64,000 nucleotides of DNA from Thermoplasmata archaeon (GCA_034667725.1 JAXDQS010000001.1:96001-160000); one strand, 5' to 3'; positions 51,387 through 61,547 are shown, counted from the stretch's first letter. Translations and numbers: made by a program. Notes: generated from the letters alone by a model not told the origin.

Positions 51387-52139
51387 CTACTTGCGCAGGC
51401 GGCCGCGGACCATCACGCCCGCGGCACCCAAGGCACCGAGGGCGCCGAGGGCCAGGGCGGGCGCGGACGGGAAGAACGGCACCTGGCCGTCCGGCGGGGA
51501 GCTGTCGTCGCTCCCGCCAGTGGTCGTGCCGGTCGTCGTGCCGGTGTCCGTGTCGGTGTCGTCGTCCTCCTCGCCCTCGTCGCCTGGCGGGGTGTCGTCG
51601 CCACCGTCGTCGACCGGGGGCGTGTCGTCGCCCGTGCACTCGGCGAGCGCGTCGAGGTCGATGCCGATGCCCTCCTCGACCAGCATGGTGAGGCCGGCGG
51701 CGGCCTCGAACTCGCCCATCGCCTCGAGCTGGGCCGCGAGGTCCAGGACGATGGCGGCGGCCAAGGCGGCGGCGACCTCGTCCTGCAGGCTGGCGGGGAT
51801 GTTGCCGGCCGCGTCCATGCGGGCCTCGATCTCGGCGTCGACCTCCTCGAAGAAGTCGGCCTCGCCGGCCATGACGGCCTCGAGGTCCACCGTGTCGACG
51901 TCGGCGGCCAAGCCCGCGGTGACGGCGGCGGCGACCTTGGCCTGGAGGTTGGCGTTCAGGTCGGCGCCGACCTGGGCCGCGACGCAGCCGCCAAGCGAGG
52001 CGTCCACCTCGACGTCGGCGGCCGTGTTGGCGGAGGCCGTGAGGCTAGGAAGGGCGGCGGCCGTCCCCGCCAGCACGAGGAGGCTGGCGAGGGCGGCTAG
52101 GCCGAGCAGGCGTTTGCGTCGGGGTCGGGTCGGGAGCAT
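51387..52139 (-). CDS. Acidic Ala-rich secreted protein with VPFFPS-TM-basic C-terminal sorting signal (probable archaeosortase substrate)
   Basis: Signal peptide; D/T-rich spacer; GQVPFFPSAPALALGALGALGAAGVMVRGRLRK. Confidence 0.8.
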   Translation of the reverse strand: MLPTRPRRKRLLGLAALASLLVLAGTAAALPSLTASANTAADVEVDASLGGCVAAQVGADLNANLQAKVAAAVTAGLAADVDTVDLEAVMAGEADFFEEVDAEIEARMDAAGNIPASLQDEVAAALAAAIVLDLAAQLEAMGEFEAAAGLTMLVEEGIGIDLDALAECTGDDTPPVDDGGDDTPPGDEGEEDDDTDTDTGTTTGTTTGGSDDSSPPDGQVPFFPSAPALALGALGALGAAGVMVRGRLRK

Positions 52140-52271
52140 TGCGCACCTTGGTGGTTCTGCCTCGTGAAGCCGTCTTAAGCGGAGGCGATAGAACGGGAAA
52201 CGCCAGGGCGCTGACTTGTCCACGTCCGGGGTCCACAACCTATTAGACCGAGAATTTCGGCTCGCCGAAAT

Positions 52272-53582
52272 GTGAAGCTGCTGGCGCTCGTGGCCCTTGC
52301 CCTGCTGCCGGCCGTCGCGGCCCAGGCGCCCGGCATTTACAACCCGACCGAGGCGGCGCCCGTCGAGCTCTACTTCCATCTCGACGGCTTCCAGGAGTTC
52401 CCCATCAACACCCAGGCGCCCCCGGACAGCGCCTCCGGCGACATCGGCCCCGGCATCCTGGGCACCAGCTCCTCCTGCCTTCCCGGCACCGGCGCCACCG
52501 GCCAGTCGCTGCACACCATGCGCGGCTTCTCCAGCCCCTCCTACGTCGAGTACGGCTTCATCGAGCAGGGCATGGTCCGCCTGCACCCCGAGCGCGGCCT
52601 GAGCTACGACGTGGACATCGAGGGCTCCCCCGTGCTGCACTGGTTCCTCTCCACCGACCCCGGCCTGGCCCCCGAAGGCGGCGTGGACCCCGCCACCCTG
52701 CCGCTCCTGGTGCCCCAGGCCATCGTCGAGGCGACGTTGCGCACCGGCGGCGGCGCCGGCCCCGAGGACCTCCGCAACGACACCGGCACGCTGCTGGGGT
52801 CGGGCCGCAGCGCGCCCGCCTTCCTTGCCGGCCCCTTGACGCCCCAGGCGAGCCCCGAGGTCGAGTACGCCACCGTCGACGGCCGGCCCGTGTACCACTT
52901 CCAGGTCCCGCTCACCCTGGCGGCCCCCGTCATCCCGGCGGCGGGCGGCTTCACCCTGCGCGTCGACACCCGCATCGACCTGCCCGCGTGCAGCGACGGC
53001 GCCGCCTACCTCGCGCCCTCGTCCATCAAGGCGCACACGAGCCCCGCCCACCGCCCCCGCCTGTCGATGCAGGTCCACGAGGCCGTGCGCATCGAGTACC
53101 TGCACCCGCAGCGCGTCGGCGACCAGGTGTTCATCCACACCGCCCTCAACTCGCCGTTCGGCAACTACGACGTCAACGAGACCGCCCTCCGCCTCCGCCT
53201 CGACGGCCCCACGCCGGCAACAAGCCTGCGCCCCGGCGACCTGGTGCAGCGCACCCACGAGCACGGCCACCACACCGAGGCCGTCGACCAGCCCTGGATC
53301 TGGGACTACCGCGCCGACCACGCCGAGGGCGCCTACACCATCGTGCTGGAGGCCGCCAACGACCAAGGCAGCGCCACGGCGCGGGCCGTCGGCCGCATCG
53401 AGGTCGGCGACGAGGTCAAGGTCACGGGCTGCGGCTCGCTGGCAGGCCCCGGCGGCTGCGCCGAGGAGACCCAGGACATCTCCGGCAACCCCGTGGCCGG
53501 CGAGGCCGCGTCCGCCTGGCCTGCCGCCGGCCTCGCGCTGGCCATGCTCGGGGCCGCCTCCTGGCGGCGCCGGCGCCGCTGA
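52272..53582 (+). CDS. Secreted surface protein with C-terminal anchor
   Basis: Signal peptide; LYFH..FPINTQ.P; ends AWPAAGLALAMLGAASWRRRRR. Confidence 0.75.
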   Translation: MKLLALVALALLPAVAAQAPGIYNPTEAAPVELYFHLDGFQEFPINTQAPPDSASGDIGPGILGTSSSCLPGTGATGQSLHTMRGFSSPSYVEYGFIEQGMVRLHPERGLSYDVDIEGSPVLHWFLSTDPGLAPEGGVDPATLPLLVPQAIVEATLRTGGGAGPEDLRNDTGTLLGSGRSAPAFLAGPLTPQASPEVEYATVDGRPVYHFQVPLTLAAPVIPAAGGFTLRVDTRIDLPACSDGAAYLAPSSIKAHTSPAHRPRLSMQVHEAVRIEYLHPQRVGDQVFIHTALNSPFGNYDVNETALRLRLDGPTPATSLRPGDLVQRTHEHGHHTEAVDQPWIWDYRADHAEGAYTIVLEAANDQGSATARAVGRIEVGDEVKVTGCGSLAGPGGCAEETQDISGNPVAGEAASAWPAAGLALAMLGAASWRRRRR

Positions 53583-53645
53583 AGCTTGCCGCGGCCGACG
53601 CACGCATCAACCCCACGCGCCCAATCCGAGGGTCCGGTGACCTTG

Positions 53646-53813
53646 ATGAGCCAAGAACTCGCGGCCAACGTCCTCACGGTCCAATGCGCGGCCTGCCGCC
53701 AGGCGTTCGCGCTGGACGGCGACGCGGCCGAGATCGTCGCGGCCCGGCTGGCCGCCGGCGGCGCGGTGCGCTGCCTTGGCGACGGCTGCGGCGGCCTCTG
53801 CCTCCAGGCGTGA
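53646..53813 (+). CDS. Small zinc-finger-like protein (CAAC...CLGDGC)
   Basis: 55 aa; GGTGA SD upstream. Confidence 0.55.
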   Translation: MSQELAANVLTVQCAACRQAFALDGDAAEIVAARLAAGGAVRCLGDGCGGLCLQA

Positions 53814-53814
53814 T

Positions 53815-54594
53815 CTAGCCGAAGCGGCCGAGGCTGGCCTGGCCGGCGTGGCGCATCCGCTCCACCTTGGGAAGGATGTCGGCCCAGTCCAGTTCCTTCC
53901 ACTCCAGGCCCTGCTCCGCCAGCAGGCCGCGGGCCTTGTCCGCGACCCGGGGCGCGATCAGGATGCCACGGATCGCCGGGCTGGTGCCCCGGAGCCGCTC
54001 GACGTAGCGCCAGAGCTGCTGCGCCTCGGAGACGCCGGCGGTGGTGCGCTTGACCTCGACGACGATGCGGCGGCCGGTGGCGTCGTGGCCGTCGAGGTCG
54101 TGGTAGCCGCGGGCGGTGTTGCGCTCGCGCCGGGCCGGCACGAAGCCCGGCTCGACCAGCTCGGGGCGGGCGAACAGGAGCGCTTGCAGGTCGTCCTCGG
54201 TCCCGACCAAGGCCAGGTCGGCGCCGTCGGCGAGCGGGGCCGCCAGCAGGAGCGTGATGTTGCTGAAGGTCACGTGCACCACTTCCTCCGGCTTGGTGCG
54301 CAAGGCGGTCAGGCGCACTTGGCCGTCGATGAGCCCGACGCTGAAGCTGGCGCCGGGCGGCTGCCAGTTGACCGGCTTGGCGCGGGTGGCCGTGTGGACG
54401 AGGAGGGTGCCGTCCGGCTTGAGCAGGATGAGGCGCTCGCCGCGGTGCAGCGTGCTGGTGGCGCGGCCCTGGTAGGCGACCTCGCAGTCCCCGATGGCCT
54501 GGAGCAGGTGGCCCTGGCGGGAGGCGAGGCCGGCGAGCTCGGCCTGGAGGAACCGCAGGGCAGCCTCAGGGTCCGGGTCGCGCAGCAGCCGCAC
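53815..54594 (-). CDS. nucS: Mismatch-specific endonuclease NucS/EndoMS
   Basis: Y.GRA.S.L..G.RLI.LKPDGTLLVH, PVNWQP, GTEDDL, VVEVKR, QL.RYV, RGILIAP; C-terminal QASLGRF PIP-like. Confidence 0.93.
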   Translation of the reverse strand: MRLLRDPDPEAALRFLQAELAGLASRQGHLLQAIGDCEVAYQGRATSTLHRGERLILLKPDGTLLVHTATRAKPVNWQPPGASFSVGLIDGQVRLTALRTKPEEVVHVTFSNITLLLAAPLADGADLALVGTEDDLQALLFARPELVEPGFVPARRERNTARGYHDLDGHDATGRRIVVEVKRTTAGVSEAQQLWRYVERLRGTSPAIRGILIAPRVADKARGLLAEQGLEWKELDWADILPKVERMRHAGQASLGRFG

Positions 54595-54598
54595 CGGT

Positions 54599-55024
54599 TC
54601 AGCCCTTGAGCGCGTCCTGGATCTCGCGGCGCATGTCGGTGTCCGAGATGCCGCCGTCGCGCTCGCGCTCCTGCTCGATCTCCGACAACAGGTCGGCGAA
54701 CTGGGCGCGGTACTCGGGGTCGTCGCGCACCTCGGTGGCCAGCTTGGTGGGCAGCAGGTGGTCGAAGATGTCGCGGAACGCCGGCCGGGGGTTCACGGCG
54801 TTGAACTGCTTCTGGCGGACGGTGGCGATGACGGCCGCCTCGACGTTCTTGGTGCCGAAGCCGGGGGTCGCGAACGAGCGCACGATGGCGTCCTCCTCGA
54901 CGTCGGGGCATTCCGACTTGAGCTGGGCAAAGAGCGCGCGGCTCTGGGCGTCGTTGGCGATGACCTTGCGGCCGGCCGCGAGCTGCTTCTCCATGTGCTC
55001 GGCCACTGGGATTTCGCGCGCCAT
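54599..55024 (-). CDS. Hypothetical helical protein (141 aa)
   Basis: Host-like codon bias; 4 nt upstream of nucS; CTTATC promoter-like element. Confidence 0.65.
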   Translation of the reverse strand: MAREIPVAEHMEKQLAAGRKVIANDAQSRALFAQLKSECPDVEEDAIVRSFATPGFGTKNVEAAVIATVRQKQFNAVNPRPAFRDIFDHLLPTKLATEVRDDPEYRAQFADLLSEIEQERERDGGISDTDMRREIQDALKG

Positions 55025-55123
55025 CGGGGCGGCGACCCTGGCGGCCCGGATAAGCCTTGGGCGGACCTGGAAGAAACGGGTCCTTCCGGGAACCTTGAAG
55101 GGGCCAAGGTGGATGCGCCGCGC

Positions 55124-56869
55124 ATGGGCCTGGGACGGCTGGTCGAGCCCCACCCGTCGTTGCAGGGAGCCGCGGCCCGCCAGGCCCGGATGGCGGCGGC
55201 CCTGTGCGGCGTCCTGCTGCTGCTCTGCCCATTCTGGATCGCGGCCAACGTCGCCTCCGACGGCTGGGGGGCGTTGACGGTCCTTGGCAGCTCCACCAGC
55301 ACCCTGCTGATGGTGGGGGCCTACTTCTTGGCCCGGTCGCGCCGGCCGACCCTTGGCGGGCTGCTGCTGTGCGCCATCCTCGTCGCGGTGGTCTGCTTCC
55401 TGCGGGTGGTCGAGCCGGACCCGGACGCCTCGAGCCACAGCTACACCTTCTTCCTGCTCCCCATCCTGATCGCCAGCCTGGTGCTGGGGCCCTGGCACGC
55501 GCTGGGCGTGTTCGCAGCCTCCTACTTTGCCGGCATCGTCGTGGACACCTCGTTCCACCTGCCCCAGGAGTCCCCGAAGGCTGTTCTCCTGTCGGTGCTG
55601 CTCGGCCTGGCCATCACGGGCCTGGCCGTCGTGTTCGCGTTCGTGAACCACGCCGCGCAAGAGGCCCTCCACCAGCGCGACGCCCAGTTGGCCGCCGCCA
55701 ACGCCGACCTGGAGCGCCGTGTCCAGGCGCGCACCCGCGAGCTGGAGGCCGCCAAGGAGACCGCCGAGCGCGCCTCCCGCGCCAAGAGCGTGTTCCTCGC
55801 CAGCATGAGCCACGAGATCCGCACGCCGCTGCACGCCATGGTCAACGGCGCCGAGGCGCTGGCGCGCGACGGCAAGGACGCCGACGCCGCCACCACCGTG
55901 CGCGCCAGCGCCGACGACATCCTCTGGGTCCTGGGCAGCGTGCTCGACTTCGCCGCCCTCGAGGACGGCGAAGTCGCCACCCTGCGCCGCCCGTTCGAGC
56001 CGCGCGCCGTGGTGCGCGACGCCATGGCCGCCGTCGCGCCCGCCGCCGCGGCCAAAGGCCTGCGGCTGGAGGCGGCGTCCGACGCGCTGCCGGAGCGCGC
56101 CGTCGGCGACGGCCTGCGGCTCGGCCAGGTGCTGCGCCACCTGCTGCACAACGCCGTCAAGTTCACGCCCACCGGCTCGGTGCGCATCGAGGCGGCGGTG
56201 CGCGCCGCCGACGACCGGCTGGAGCTGCGCTTCGTCGTCGTGGACACCGGGCCGGGCATCCCGGCCGAGGCCCAGGCCACCCTGTTCACGCCGTTCACGC
56301 AGGCCGAGCAAGGCACGCGGCGGCGCCACGACGGCGCCGGCCTCGGCCTGGCGCTCTGCAAGCGGCTGCTGGAGACCATGGGCGGCGGCATCCGGGTCGA
56401 GAGCACGCCCGGCGCCGGCACCCGCGTCGAGGCGTGGGTGGCCGCCTGGCCGGCGCCGCCCGCCAGCCTCGCGCCCGCCGTCCGGCTGGAGGGCCTGCGG
56501 GTGCTGGTGGTCGAGGACAACCCGACCAACCGCAAGGTGGCCGCCAAGCTGCTGGAGCGGCTCGGCATGGTGGCGGACACCGCCGAGGACGGCGTCCAAG
56601 GGGTCGCCAAGGCGAAGGCGACGCGCTACGACGCCATCCTCATGGACCTGCACATGCCGAACATGGACGGCTTCGAGGCGACCGCCGCGCTGCGCGGGCT
56701 GGGTCCGGACGCGATGCCGCCCATCCTTGCCATGACGGCCGACGTGCTGCCTGAGACGCGGCGGCGCTGCGAGGAGCTGGGGATGCGCGGGTTCCTGCCC
56801 AAGCCGACGCGGCTGGAGGAGCTCCGGGACGGGCTCGCCAAGGCGCTGGCTCAGTCGATGACCACGTAG
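55124..56869 (+). CDS. Membrane-bound hybrid histidine kinase with C-terminal receiver domain
   Basis: About 5-6 TM; H-box FLASMSHEIRTPL, N-box NAVKFT, DTGPGI, GAGLGL; REC VVEDN, MDLHMPNMDG, LPKP. Confidence 0.93.
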   Translation: MGLGRLVEPHPSLQGAAARQARMAAALCGVLLLLCPFWIAANVASDGWGALTVLGSSTSTLLMVGAYFLARSRRPTLGGLLLCAILVAVVCFLRVVEPDPDASSHSYTFFLLPILIASLVLGPWHALGVFAASYFAGIVVDTSFHLPQESPKAVLLSVLLGLAITGLAVVFAFVNHAAQEALHQRDAQLAAANADLERRVQARTRELEAAKETAERASRAKSVFLASMSHEIRTPLHAMVNGAEALARDGKDADAATTVRASADDILWVLGSVLDFAALEDGEVATLRRPFEPRAVVRDAMAAVAPAAAAKGLRLEAASDALPERAVGDGLRLGQVLRHLLHNAVKFTPTGSVRIEAAVRAADDRLELRFVVVDTGPGIPAEAQATLFTPFTQAEQGTRRRHDGAGLGLALCKRLLETMGGGIRVESTPGAGTRVEAWVAAWPAPPASLAPAVRLEGLRVLVVEDNPTNRKVAAKLLERLGMVADTAEDGVQGVAKAKATRYDAILMDLHMPNMDGFEATAALRGLGPDAMPPILAMTADVLPETRRRCEELGMRGFLPKPTRLEELRDGLAKALAQSMTT

Positions 56870-59022
56870 CCCCGCTCCTCGCGCGGGAACGTCACGGCGG
56901 ACTGCAGCTCCAAGGTGGCAAGGTCGTGCGCGGTGGCGCCGGCCTGGCCAAGGGTGTAAACGCTGACGACGTTTTTCTCGGGGATGCCGAGGAACCAGCT
57001 GCGCTCGATGCTGTTCCAGCCGTTCTCCTGCTCGACGGCGGCCTGGCTCAGCACGCCGCCCGGGTAGAGCGCCATGTGGCCGAGGTCCACGTCCACCAGG
57101 TGCAAGGTGGCGCGGCCGTCGACCTGGACGGGCAGGGCCAGCTTGCCGATGGCCGCCCAGTAGGTGAACGCCTTGTGCTCGTGCGCCGCGGTCGACCAGG
57201 CGTAGCCGCCCTCGGGGGCGATGTCCATCACGTCGGCCCGCTTGGGGTCGGTGGGGTCCGACACGTCGAACAGGCTGACCTGGATGCGGCCCCAGTCGAG
57301 GCCCTCGTCGCCGCGCGGCCCGATGCCCACGGCCAACAGCTTGTCGTCGGCCAGCGGGTGCAGGTAGGTGCTGACGCCGGGGATCTTCAGCTCGCCCAGC
57401 ACCGTCGGCACCGTGCCGGACAGGTCGATGACCCAGAGCGGGTCGGTCTGGCGGAAGGTCACGATGTAGGCGCGGGTGTCGGTGAAGCGTGCGCTCCAGA
57501 TCTTCTCGCCGGGGGCGAGGCCGCCCACCATGCCGGCAAGCACCAGCTGGCCGCCCACGGCGTCGAACACCGCGAGGTGGCTCATCATCGGCTCGGGGTC
57601 GTCCAGCCAGTTGCGGGCCCACTGCCCGGTGGTGGTGGCCACGCGCAGCCGGCCGTCGTGGACGTCGAGGCTGAACGAGTCCAGCACTTGGCCAGGGACG
57701 CGGCCGGAGGCGAGGTGGCGGACCTCCAGGCCGTCGAGGGTGAACCAGTGCAGGTCGGTGGCCTCCTGCAGCTCGGGCTGGACCCAGTACCACCAGGGCT
57801 CCTGGGTCGGCGCGGTCAGCACCAAGGCGTCGCCGGAGGCGTAGAGGATGCTGCTGGCGCCGAGCATCTGGACGGCGCGGTCGACCACCTTGCCGCCTTG
57901 GACGTCGAGCGACAGGATGGTGGTGACGCCACGGCCCTTGCCGCCATCGACCTGCAGCAGCGGCTGGCAGCCCTTGTCGATGGTCGGCATCCCGTCGCGG
58001 GTCACCTGGGGGACATGGTCGGCCAAGGTGAGGTTGGCCAGCTGGCGGACGTTGCGCTCGTCGGCCTCGCGGGCCAGCTTGGCAAGCAGGGTCTTGCGCA
58101 CGGTCTCGTTGGTGTCCTGGTAGTAGGACTCCCAGTCGAGGCCGAAGCGCTGGAGGGAGGCTTCGTCCATCCCGACGTAGCTTTGGAGGGGCAGGCCGGC
58201 GTCGTTGGCGAGCACCACGACGTGGGCGCGGCCGTCGACCAGGCGGGCGCCGACGGGGTAGCCGTCGACGGCGAGGTCGTGGATGACCTGGGGCTTGGCG
58301 CGGTCGGCGAGCGACAGCACCATGACATGGGTCTGGGCCGACCAGGATTGCGGCGGGTAGTATCCGATGCCGACGCCGCTGGCGACGCGGGCCTGGTCGG
58401 AGGCCGGCATGGGGGCCGACTTCTGGGTGATGAGCACCAGCCGGTCGTCGGCGGGGTTGGCGGGGTCGCGGCGCTCCAGCAGCAGCTCGCCGCCCCAGCT
58501 GCCTTCCAGCTTGACCTCGGCGTAGGCCTCGAGGTCGCCGATGTTGGGGCTCCGGAGGATGCGCAGCACCTGGCCTTGGACGATGTAGGTCCACTCGCCG
58601 TCGGTCTTGACGATGTCCGCCTCGTCGGCGGCGGCCTCCTGGTTGTTGGTGCCGGTCACCTGCGCCTCGCTGGAGGAGTAGGACTGGGCCCCGGCGGCCG
58701 CGCTGTCCATCGCGGCGGCAGAGGCGGTGGCGGCCATGGTCATGGTGTCGCCGCGGTAGTAGCCCCAACCCCAGCCGTAGCCGCCGTTCTCGACGCTCTG
58801 CTCCAAGGAGACGCGGGCCTGGTCGAGGGCGCGCTGGTTGAGGACGTCCAGCAAGGCGGCGCAGTCGGTGACGCGCTCAGGGGTGGGGTCGCCGCGCTCG
58901 ACGGCCGCGTACTCGAACAGGCGGCCGATAGTGGTCGCGATCGGAAGCTGGCCATCGCCGCCCGGGGTGAGGCAGCCGGCCCAAGGCAGCAGGAGGAGGG
59001 CAAGCAGGATGGCGCAGCGCAT
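56851..59022 (-). CDS. Lipoprotein with secreted beta-propeller domain (Beta_propel family)
   Basis: Lipobox WAGC; TNNQE...DEADIVKTDG, RAYIVTFRQTDPLWVIDLS, LGELKIPGVSTYLHP, HKAF. Confidence 0.88.
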   Translation of the reverse strand: MRCAILLALLLLPWAGCLTPGGDGQLPIATTIGRLFEYAAVERGDPTPERVTDCAALLDVLNQRALDQARVSLEQSVENGGYGWGWGYYRGDTMTMAATASAAAMDSAAAGAQSYSSSEAQVTGTNNQEAAADEADIVKTDGEWTYIVQGQVLRILRSPNIGDLEAYAEVKLEGSWGGELLLERRDPANPADDRLVLITQKSAPMPASDQARVASGVGIGYYPPQSWSAQTHVMVLSLADRAKPQVIHDLAVDGYPVGARLVDGRAHVVVLANDAGLPLQSYVGMDEASLQRFGLDWESYYQDTNETVRKTLLAKLAREADERNVRQLANLTLADHVPQVTRDGMPTIDKGCQPLLQVDGGKGRGVTTILSLDVQGGKVVDRAVQMLGASSILYASGDALVLTAPTQEPWWYWVQPELQEATDLHWFTLDGLEVRHLASGRVPGQVLDSFSLDVHDGRLRVATTTGQWARNWLDDPEPMMSHLAVFDAVGGQLVLAGMVGGLAPGEKIWSARFTDTRAYIVTFRQTDPLWVIDLSGTVPTVLGELKIPGVSTYLHPLADDKLLAVGIGPRGDEGLDWGRIQVSLFDVSDPTDPKRADVMDIAPEGGYAWSTAAHEHKAFTYWAAIGKLALPVQVDGRATLHLVDVDLGHMALYPGGVLSQAAVEQENGWNSIERSWFLGIPEKNVVSVYTLGQAGATAHDLATLELQSAVTFPREERGYVVID

Positions 59023-59100
59023 AGGACCAGAGAGACGCGGGCCGGGCTTCATCCTTCGCTGGAGGTTCGGTTCGTCCCCAACGACCGCGCCGCCGGAACC

Positions 59101-60240
59101 TCAGGCCAGGGCTTGCCGGACGTCGGCCACCAGGTCGTCCAGGTCCTCGATGCCGACCGAGATGCGCACCATCCCGTCCCGGACCCCTTCCCGCGCCCGC
59201 ACCTCCGGCGGGTGGTAGGAGTGGCTGGTCTCCAAGGGCAGGCTCACGAGCGACTCGACGCCGCCGAAGCTGGCCGCCGGCGTCAGCAGGCGGACCTGGC
59301 GCCGGAACGCCTGGGCGCGGCCGACGGAGCCCAGGTCCAAGGTCACCATCCCCCCGAAGCCACCGGCCAGCACCTCGCAGGCCGTCAGGTGGTCCGGATG
59401 CGTGGCCAAGCCAGGGTAGTGGACCGTCTCGATGCCGGGCATCTCCAGGCAGGCGCGGGCGAGGCGGGCGGCGTTGGCGCAGTGCCGCTCCATCCGGATG
59501 GGCAGGGTCTTCATGCCGCGGCCGAGGAGGTAGGCGGCGTGCGGGTCGAGGTGGGCGCCCAGGTTGCGGCGGACGCGCTTGAGGGAATCGGCCAACGGCG
59601 AGCCGTGGCCCCAGGCCAAGGAGCCGGCGATCAAATCGGTGTGGCCGCCGAGGTATTTGGTCGCGGAGTGCATCACCAGGTCGGCGCCCAGCGCGAGCGG
59701 CTTCTGCAGCAACGGGGTGGCGAAGGTGGCGTCCACGGCCAGCAGGGCGCCAGCGGCATGGGCGGCGTCGGCCCAGGCCCGCACGTCGGCCACCCGCAGC
59801 GCGGGGTTGGTGATTGACTCCATCCAGACCAGCCTGGTGCCGGCGGGGACCTTGCACGGGCCGGCGGTCGGGAGGGCGTGGACCTTGACGCCGAAGCGCG
59901 CCATCTCGTCGCGCAGGAAGGCGGTGGTGCCGCCGTACACGCCGGACTGGACGGCCATGGTGTCGCCGGCCTGGAGGGTGGCGGCGACGGCGGCCTGGAC
60001 CGCGCCCATGCCGGAGGCGAACAGCAGCGCCCCGTCGGCCCCTTCGAGGGCGGCCAGCTTGCGCTCGACCGCCTCCACGGACGGGTTGGTGTAGCGGCCG
60101 TAGATGTAGGGCGAGGCGCCGCCGCCGGGCAGCTCCGGGTACCAGAACGTGCTGGAGGTGGTGAGCGGGGTGGTGACGGCGCCCGTGCGGGGGTCGGGCT
60201 CGTCGCCGGCGTGCACCGCGGTCGTGCTGGGCCCAGGCAT
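59101..60240 (-). CDS. PLP-dependent trans-sulfuration enzyme (cystathionine gamma-synthase/lyase family)
   Basis: Y.Y.RYTNP, FASGMGA, ESITNP, VDATFATP, HSATKYLGGH, SFGGVESL, RISVGIE. Confidence 0.92.
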   Translation of the reverse strand: MPGPSTTAVHAGDEPDPRTGAVTTPLTTSSTFWYPELPGGGASPYIYGRYTNPSVEAVERKLAALEGADGALLFASGMGAVQAAVAATLQAGDTMAVQSGVYGGTTAFLRDEMARFGVKVHALPTAGPCKVPAGTRLVWMESITNPALRVADVRAWADAAHAAGALLAVDATFATPLLQKPLALGADLVMHSATKYLGGHTDLIAGSLAWGHGSPLADSLKRVRRNLGAHLDPHAAYLLGRGMKTLPIRMERHCANAARLARACLEMPGIETVHYPGLATHPDHLTACEVLAGGFGGMVTLDLGSVGRAQAFRRQVRLLTPAASFGGVESLVSLPLETSHSYHPPEVRAREGVRDGMVRISVGIEDLDDLVADVRQALA

Positions 60241-60353
60241 GGGGGGCGGATGGACGGGGGCTTGATGGAGCCGCCGGAGGTTTCGGAGCACTTTCACCCA
60301 CCCCTGGGCGTGGACGATATCCTTCAAGCGCCCATGCCGCGTCCGTGCAAGCG

Positions 60354-61547
60354 ATGAGCCTGGTCGAGTCGGAGCTTGGGGGCCCGACGGTCTTCAAGGA
60401 CCTCTCCAAGCTGGACTTCGACTACATCCCCGACGACCTGCCCGGCCGCGAGGAGGCCATCCGCTTCCTGGCCCGGACCTACAAGGGGCTCACCCAAGGC
60501 GCCCAGCGCGAGCACGCCTTCCTCTGGGGGCCCGTCGGCACCGGCAAGACCGCCGTCGCCAAGCGCTTCGCCCGCGACTTCAAGGCCGCCCTCCAGAAGC
60601 AGGGCAAGGCGCTCGAGTTCGTCCACGTCAACTGCCGCAAGCGCAAGACCGACGGGCTTGCCATGCTGGGCATCCTGAACCATTTCGACCCCAACTACCC
60701 CGAGCGCGGCTTCGCGGTCGGCGAGATGCTGCGGGACCTGCGCAAGACCCTGGAGCGCAAGGGCGCCCACCTCATGGTCGTCCTGGACGAGGTGGACGCC
60801 CTGTTCCGCAGCGACGGCGGCAACCTGGTCTATGACCTGACGCGCTTCAACGACGAGACCGGCCCCTCCTGGGTCGGCGTCAGCCTCATCCTCATCAGCC
60901 AGGAGAACGTCCTCGGGCAGCTCGACCCCGCCGCCCTTTCGACCTTCAAGACCTCCAACGTGCTGCACATCCAGCCCTACGGCTCCCCCGAGCTGGAGCG
61001 CATCGTGGACCAGCGCGTCCGCCTCGCCTTCAACCCGGGCACGGTCGCCGAGGAGGTCGGGGCCCTGGTCGCCGACACCGCCGCCGCCCAAGGGGGCAAC
61101 GCCCGCCTGGCCATCGAAATCCTCCAGAAGGCCGGCCAGAACGCCGACGACCACCGCCGCGACGAGGTGCTGGCCGAGGACGTCCGCACCGCCAAGGCCG
61201 ACTCCTACTCCTACATCACGACGGCCAAGCTGACCGCGCTTCCCCGCCACCCCCTGCTGGTCCTGCTGGCGCTCGCCCGCCGCCTCCGGAAGGACGGCGC
61301 CTACAGCACCACGGGCAACGTCGAGAAGGCCTACGCCGTCGCGTGCGAGGAGTTCGGCGAGCAGCCCCGCGCCCACACCCAGTTCTGGAAGTACCTCAAC
61401 CAGCTCAAGGACGGCGGCTTCCTCGTGAGCCGCCTGTCGGGCAAGGGCCAGGCCGGCACCACCCAGCTCCTCTCGATTCCTGACGCGCCCGCCGAAGCCG
61501 TGGAAGGCAAGCTCGTCGAGCTGCTGCGCGCCATGCCCCTAGGCTGA
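60354..61547 (+). CDS. cdc6: Orc1/Cdc6 replication initiator
   Basis: L.FDYIPD.LPGRE, Walker A GPVGTGKT, HVNC, Walker B LDEVD, PY...L..I...R, GNARLAI, C-terminal wHTH. Confidence 0.93.
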   Translation: MSLVESELGGPTVFKDLSKLDFDYIPDDLPGREEAIRFLARTYKGLTQGAQREHAFLWGPVGTGKTAVAKRFARDFKAALQKQGKALEFVHVNCRKRKTDGLAMLGILNHFDPNYPERGFAVGEMLRDLRKTLERKGAHLMVVLDEVDALFRSDGGNLVYDLTRFNDETGPSWVGVSLILISQENVLGQLDPAALSTFKTSNVLHIQPYGSPELERIVDQRVRLAFNPGTVAEEVGALVADTAAAQGGNARLAIEILQKAGQNADDHRRDEVLAEDVRTAKADSYSYITTAKLTALPRHPLLVLLALARRLRKDGAYSTTGNVEKAYAVACEEFGEQPRAHTQFWKYLNQLKDGGFLVSRLSGKGQAGTTQLLSIPDAPAEAVEGKLVELLRAMPLG

